A DNA stretch of 64,000 nucleotides from an uncultured beta proteobacterium (GTDB taxonomy: Bacteria; Pseudomonadota; Gammaproteobacteria; Burkholderiales; Burkholderiaceae_C). The notes below the pieces were generated by a model, which saw nothing but the letters and a program-made list of their open reading frames with translations, made no database searches and was not told the DNA's origin. The stretch's first letter is position 1, and the number at the start of each line of letters is the position of its first letter. The translations under genes were made by a program, and so were the position numbers. The stretch is taken from NCBI GenBank assembly GCA_963732625.1, contig CAVTAM010000002.1:31807-95806 (forward strand). The letters are read 5' to 3'. Shown here piece after piece: positions 57,603 to 64,000 of the stretch.

Positions 57603-58982
57603 ATGAGTGCCTTGTTGGAGCGGTTGCCGCATGGCAGCGCTCCGGCGCTGGAGGCGGGCTCGCGTGTCTGGAATTACGACGCGCTGCACCGCGAGATCGA
57701 TGCCTGGCGTGTGCGCCTCGCGGAGCGCGGTATCGCGCGCGGCCTGGCCTTCGGTTGGCTCGGATTGAACAGCGTGTCGATGCTGGCCGCGTTGTTCGCC
57801 TGCGCGCGTCTGCATGCGCGCTTCGTGCCGCTGAATTGGCGGCTGGCGGCGCAGGAGCTGCGCACGATCGCCGCGCACGCGGGCCTGGCGGCGTGGCATG
57901 CCGACGCGGCGTTCGGCGCGCTCGACGGCGTGGCGCCGTCCACCGAGCCGCCGCACACCACTCACGACGACCTGCTGCTCGTCTACACCAGCGGCACCAG
58001 CGGCGCACCCAAGGGCGCGCTGCACACGCAGGCGGCGATGGTGGCGAACATCGATGCCGCCATCGATGCGCAGGGTTTCGACGCGACGACGCGCACGCTG
58101 GCCGTGCTGCCGCTGTTTCACGTCGGCGGCTTGTGCATCCAGGTGTTGCCGACGCTGGCCGCCGGCGGGGTCGTGCGCCTGCAGCCGCGCTTCGACGCCC
58201 AAGCGTGGTTCGACGATGTGCAAGCGTGGCGGCCGACGACGAGCCTGCTCGTGCCGGCTGCCATGCGTGCGCTGATCGAACACCCGCGTTGGTCGCAAGC
58301 CGACTTGTCGTCGCTGCGCTTCATCAACTGCGGCTCGCAGATCGTGCCGCGCTCGCTGATCGAAGGCTTTCATGCGCGCGGCGTGCCCGTGGCGCAGGTC
58401 TACGGCGCCACCGAGACCGGGCCGGTGACGCTGGTGCTGCGGCCCGATGAAGCGCTGGCGCATGTGGGCTCGGTCGGCAAGCCGGCATTGAACGTGCAGG
58501 TGCGCCTGGTCAATGGCGAAGTGCAGGTGAGGGCGCCGAACCTCGCCCGCTGCTACCACCACCGGCTGCACGACGAAGCCTTCATCGCCGACGGCTGGTT
58601 TCGCACCGGCGACCTGGCGCGCGTCGATGGCGACGGCTTCTACGAGATCGTCGGCCGCGCCAAGGAGCTGATCATCTCCGGTGGCGAGAACATTTACCCG
58701 GCGGAGATCGAGAACATCGCGCTGGCCGATGCGGCGGTGGCCGAGGCCGCCGTGCTCGGGCTGCCCGATGCGCAGTGGGGCGAGGTGGCGGTGCTGGCCG
58801 TCGTTTCGCGTGCGGGCAGCGAGATCGACCTGGCGCGTCTGCAAGCTGCGTTCGACGCCTCGCTGGCCCGCTTCAAGCACCCGCGCCGCATCGTCGTACT
58901 CGATGCGCTGCCAAAGACCGCACTCGGAAAAGTGCGCAAGGCTGAGCTCGCGCTTGATTTGCAGCAAGTGCGCGATCCTTGA
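57603..58982 (+). CDS. AMP-dependent synthetase/ligase (acyl- or aryl-CoA ligase)
   Basis: ORF 57603..58982. LLVYTSGTSGAPKGA, YGATETG, FRTGDLARVDGDGFYEIVGRAKELIISGGENIYPAEIE, LPKTALGKVRK. Confidence 0.85.
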   Translation: MSALLERLPHGSAPALEAGSRVWNYDALHREIDAWRVRLAERGIARGLAFGWLGLNSVSMLAALFACARLHARFVPLNWRLAAQELRTIAAHAGLAAWHADAAFGALDGVAPSTEPPHTTHDDLLLVYTSGTSGAPKGALHTQAAMVANIDAAIDAQGFDATTRTLAVLPLFHVGGLCIQVLPTLAAGGVVRLQPRFDAQAWFDDVQAWRPTTSLLVPAAMRALIEHPRWSQADLSSLRFINCGSQIVPRSLIEGFHARGVPVAQVYGATETGPVTLVLRPDEALAHVGSVGKPALNVQVRLVNGEVQVRAPNLARCYHHRLHDEAFIADGWFRTGDLARVDGDGFYEIVGRAKELIISGGENIYPAEIENIALADAAVAEAAVLGLPDAQWGEVAVLAVVSRAGSEIDLARLQAAFDASLARFKHPRRIVVLDALPKTALGKVRKAELALDLQQVRDP

Positions 58983-59005
58983 AATGGCCACGATCCGCCC
59001 CACGT
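58978..59005 (+). promoter_or_regulatory. Sigma-32 (RpoH) heat-shock-type promoter for clpB
   Basis: CTTGAAA (58978-58984), a 13-nt spacer, then CCCCACGT (58998-59005). This compares with the consensus CTTGAAA-N13/14-CCCCATNT. It lies about 35 nt upstream of the clpB ATG. Confidence 0.6.
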
Positions 59006-59039
59006 CCAGGGCAATCGAATTCAGCGAGAGAGCACCACC

Positions 59040-61631
<2,592 letters not shown>

Positions 61632-61664
61632 TACGGATGCTGCCTCGCGCGGGTTCGGGCGCAA

Positions 61665-61899
61665 GCAAGGCTTGGGGCCGGCCGGGGTGGGGCTGCGGAT
61701 GCGACGCCCGCTGCGCGGGTTCGCTGCGGTGCTCGCCTTGGGGTCGCACCGCAAAACTCGCTTCACTCGCTGCGCTCGTTTCGCTCAAACAGTTGCGGTG
61801 AGTCAGTTGACGAAGCGCGTGGGTACACGCGCCGACCCCAAGGCTGTGCTCCTCGCCGTTCGCATACGCAGCCCCACCCCGGCCGGCCCCAAGCCTTGC
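61665..61899. repeat. 235-bp foldback palindrome A (33-bp perfect outer arms)
   Basis: 61665-61697 gcaaggcttggggccggccggggtggggctgcg is the perfect inverted repeat of 61867-61899. Inner paired blocks include 61736-61746/61833-61843. The core is homologous to element B in the opposite orientation. Confidence 0.85.
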
Positions 61900-61931
61900 A
61901 GGGACATGAACGTTCTTGGGTAAGTGGGAGC

Positions 61932-62016
61932 GGCAAGACGCGGGCATCGAGCCCGCGTCTTGCCGGCGCGCCGAAGGCGCGCGTCAGCGCGCAGGCCGGG
62001 CTCGATGCCCGGCCTG
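61932..62016. repeat. Three consecutive GC-rich hairpins between the two foldback elements
   Basis: ggcaagacgcgggc-atcga-gcccgcgtcttgcc (61932-61964); gcgcgcc-gaa-ggcgcgc (61966-61982); caggccgggc-tcgat-gcccggcctg (61992-62016). Confidence 0.8.
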
Positions 62017-62049
62017 TGTGCTACTCCCCAAAAGGACTGTCGGTGCTTT

Positions 62050-62297
62050 GCGCAAAGCCGTGGGCGGGTGCGCGGCGGCGCGCCTGTGCGGCGGCGAGGA
62101 GCGCAGGAATTCGGTCGGCGCGTGTACTCACGCGCATCAACAACTGACTCACCGTGTCTGTCCGAACGAAACGAGCGCAGTGAGTGAAGTGAGTTACACG
62201 GTGCGACCGAATTCCGAGCACCGCAGCGAAGTCGGCGCGCCTTTGGCGCCGACCGCCGCAGTGGCGCGCCGCCGCGCACCCGCCCACGGCTTTGCGC
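62050..62297. repeat. 248-bp foldback palindrome B (35-bp perfect outer arms), same family as A but inverted
   Basis: 62050-62084 gcgcaaagccgtgggcgggtgcgcggcggcgcgcc is the perfect inverted repeat of 62263-62297. Inner pair 62106-62117/62204-62215. The reverse complement of the ~95-nt core matches the core of A at roughly 85% by eye. Confidence 0.85.
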
Positions 62298-62341
62298 TCT
62301 TCACAGCGCTCGCAATGCGATCGAACGCGACACCGAACCCG

Positions 62342-63646
62342 CTACCGCGGCGTCGAGTTCTCTTCGAGCAGCAGGTCAAGGCGCTGCAGTTGCAAGCGCA
62401 CCAGCGTCAGATTCGCCTGTGACTTGTCGAGCACGGCGTGCATCGCCAGGCCGCGGCGCGCTGGCACGGTGCGCAGCAGCACGTGGTGCGCGCCGAGCGT
62501 GATGGCCGCATCGGGCGCGGCGTCGCCGAGGTTCAGGGCATGCGCCGCTTCGGCCATCGAAGCCATCAGCGATGCGCCATGCGATGCCAATCCCGCCGGA
62601 CCGGGCCGGGTGCCGGTGTGGCCGAGCGTGCGTTGCGTCGCCAGCTCGAAGACGCAGCAACTGACCATGCCTTTTAACTCGCCGCACTTGCGCAGGTAGG
62701 TGGCGAGCACCGGGTCGGCCACCGCCGCGGCAGGGCCGGCGGCGGTACGCACCGACGGCATCGGCTGCATCGGCAACGGTGAGCGGCCGGCGCTGCCCGA
62801 AGCGGCTGGCGCGGGCGCCGCGGCCTTGGGTACCAGGTCGAAGATCTCGGGGATGTGGATGGCCTCGTCGGCCAGTTGCTCGCGCAGCTTGTTCCACGAC
62901 GCCCGCAGGTAGCCCCAGGCTTCTGCGGGGCGCGTCACCACCGGCGTCGTGCGCACCTTGACCTTGGCGCCGCGCGCCAGATGCGCGGCCTGGCCGCCGA
63001 GCGACGACGCGCCGGCCAGCGGCAGCATCAGCAGCTCCGTGTTGTGCCACGGCCCCTCGACGATGGCATCGCGCAGCGGCATCAGCGCGGTGGCCATGGC
63101 GTGCGGCGGCAGGTCGCTGACCATGACGACGCCCAGCCGGCTGTGCGAGAGCAGCGTGCGCGCCAGACGGCGGCGCTGCGCGGTGTCGGCATCGGTTTCG
63201 GTGGTGTACAGGCGCAGCGGCGGCTGCTCGGCACCGACCGGCAGCTCGACGAACTCGAGGCGCGCCAGCGGCATGCCGACGCCCTGGCGGCGGATGTGCA
63301 ACTGGTGCACCGGCCGCTGCATCGCCGCGGCCAAGCCCTGCAGCATGCGGCGCGACGACTGCGTGCCGACGTCGTGCAGCACCACGTACTCGGGTTGCAG
63401 CGTTTCGAGCTGCTGCTGCAGCGCTTCGGCGGCTTCGCAGGCCACGAAGAGTTCCCACTGGGCGTCGCTGATGCGCCGGCCGACCTGTTGCTGCGACAGC
63501 GGCACGTCGGCCGTCGGGTCGCGCATGACCTGCGTCGCCACGCCGGCTTGCTGCCGCGTCGGCTCCCAGGCCTGTTCTTCTTCGAACACGGGACCCGGGT
63601 GCGCCGAGGCGTCGAAGCTGGTCATCTGATGAAGGGTCTTGGCCAT
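62342..63646 (-). CDS. Hypothetical protein with a C-terminal Roadblock/LC7 (MglB)-like region
   Basis: ORF 62342..63646. The C-terminus ..GMVSCCVFELATQRTLGHTG...LMASMAEAAHALNLGD...ITLGAHHVLLRTVP...MHAVLDKSQANLTLVRLQLQRL has the Roadblock/LC7 pattern. The N-terminal ~270 aa are unassigned. Confidence 0.5.
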   Translation of the reverse strand: MAKTLHQMTSFDASAHPGPVFEEEQAWEPTRQQAGVATQVMRDPTADVPLSQQQVGRRISDAQWELFVACEAAEALQQQLETLQPEYVVLHDVGTQSSRRMLQGLAAAMQRPVHQLHIRRQGVGMPLARLEFVELPVGAEQPPLRLYTTETDADTAQRRRLARTLLSHSRLGVVMVSDLPPHAMATALMPLRDAIVEGPWHNTELLMLPLAGASSLGGQAAHLARGAKVKVRTTPVVTRPAEAWGYLRASWNKLREQLADEAIHIPEIFDLVPKAAAPAPAASGSAGRSPLPMQPMPSVRTAAGPAAAVADPVLATYLRKCGELKGMVSCCVFELATQRTLGHTGTRPGPAGLASHGASLMASMAEAAHALNLGDAAPDAAITLGAHHVLLRTVPARRGLAMHAVLDKSQANLTLVRLQLQRLDLLLEENSTPR

Positions 63647-63741
63647 GCGAGACGGGGGCGGTGATGCCGAAGCGAGCGTCGAGTGACGTCGCGGCCAGTG
63701 TAAGCCGCGTCGAGCGCACCCGCTGCCTAGAATCGGGCGAC

Positions 63742-64000
63742 ATGCGCAAGACTCAACACACTTCCCCGGCGGGCCCCGTGGTCGTCATCGGTGCCGGGCT
63801 GGCCGGCTTGACCGTCGCCCTGCGCCTGGCACAGGACCGGCCGGTCGTCGTCTTGGCCAAGCGCAACCTCGACGAAGCGGCGACGGCCTGGGCGCAGGGC
63901 GGCATCGTCGGCGTGCTCGGCAGCGACGACAGCATCGAGTCGCATGTGCGTGACACGCAGGATGCCGGCGCCGGGCTGGTCGACGAGCACACCGCACGTT
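63742..64000 (+). CDS. nadB: L-aspartate oxidase, N-terminal part (3' end lies outside the window)
   Basis: My own translation from the ATG at 63742: MRKTQHTSPAGPVVVIGAGLAGLTVALRLAQDRPVVVLAKRNLDEAATAWAQGGIVGVLGSDDSIESHVRDTQDAGAGLVDEH. This shows the FAD dinucleotide-binding motif and the NadB/FrdA signature AQGGI. It is not in the ORF track because it runs off the window. Confidence 0.85.
   Translation, partial: MRKTQHTSPAGPVVVIGAGLAGLTVALRLAQDRPVVVLAKRNLDEAATAWAQGGIVGVLGSDDSIESHVRDTQDAGAGLVDEHTAR

Overview
High-G+C chromosomal segment (roughly two-thirds G+C by eye) whose gene content and order look betaproteobacterial, probably Burkholderiales; the taxon is an inference. I can support about 60 protein-coding genes. 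I recognised no rRNA, tRNA, CRISPR, transposase or integrase. Layout: dnaX-ybaB-recR; a PKD-repeat lipoprotein; mltD; methyltransferase-rnhA; an RND efflux operon (adaptor, DUF2007 protein, pump); a BrnT/BrnA toxin-antitoxin pair; an SMR pump; moaA-mobA-GNAT-moeA; an NlpC/P60 peptidase; an acuI / AbfD-like / isochorismatase / prpE module; an M3 peptidase; a GntR-controlled sugar-acid locus with two TRAP transporters and three DctP binding proteins; phoH-like, bcp and a DUF498 gene; then the tightly overlapping array alaA-hom-[3 guest genes]-thrC-moeA-moaD-[kinase-like guest gene]-moaE-crcB; a NicX/NicD-like ring-cleavage cluster with an acyl-CoA-dehydrogenase-fold enzyme and an AMP ligase; clpB with a sigma-32-type promoter; and nadB. 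The most interesting object is the three-gene cassette at 42470-46195: a P-loop NTPase, an unknown 200-aa protein, and a protein made of about 10 near-identical 48-aa TPR-like repeats. It is wedged with translational coupling between hom and thrC. I propose it as a candidate STAND-like sensing, conflict or signalling system with no recognisable effector. Other notable items are a catalytically dead kinase-like membrane protein between moaD and moaE, a 272-bp MITE-like foldback element, two roughly 240-bp foldback palindromes with compensatory stem changes downstream of clpB, and a REP-like palindrome family with one copy inside thrC. Major caveat: about 20 single-nucleotide indels interrupt otherwise conserved genes (alaA x3, thrC x4, crcB x2, TRAP genes and others). 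They also create artificial giant ORFs. I read these as sequence or assembly errors rather than biology. All product calls rest on motifs I recognise in the translations; no database search was run.
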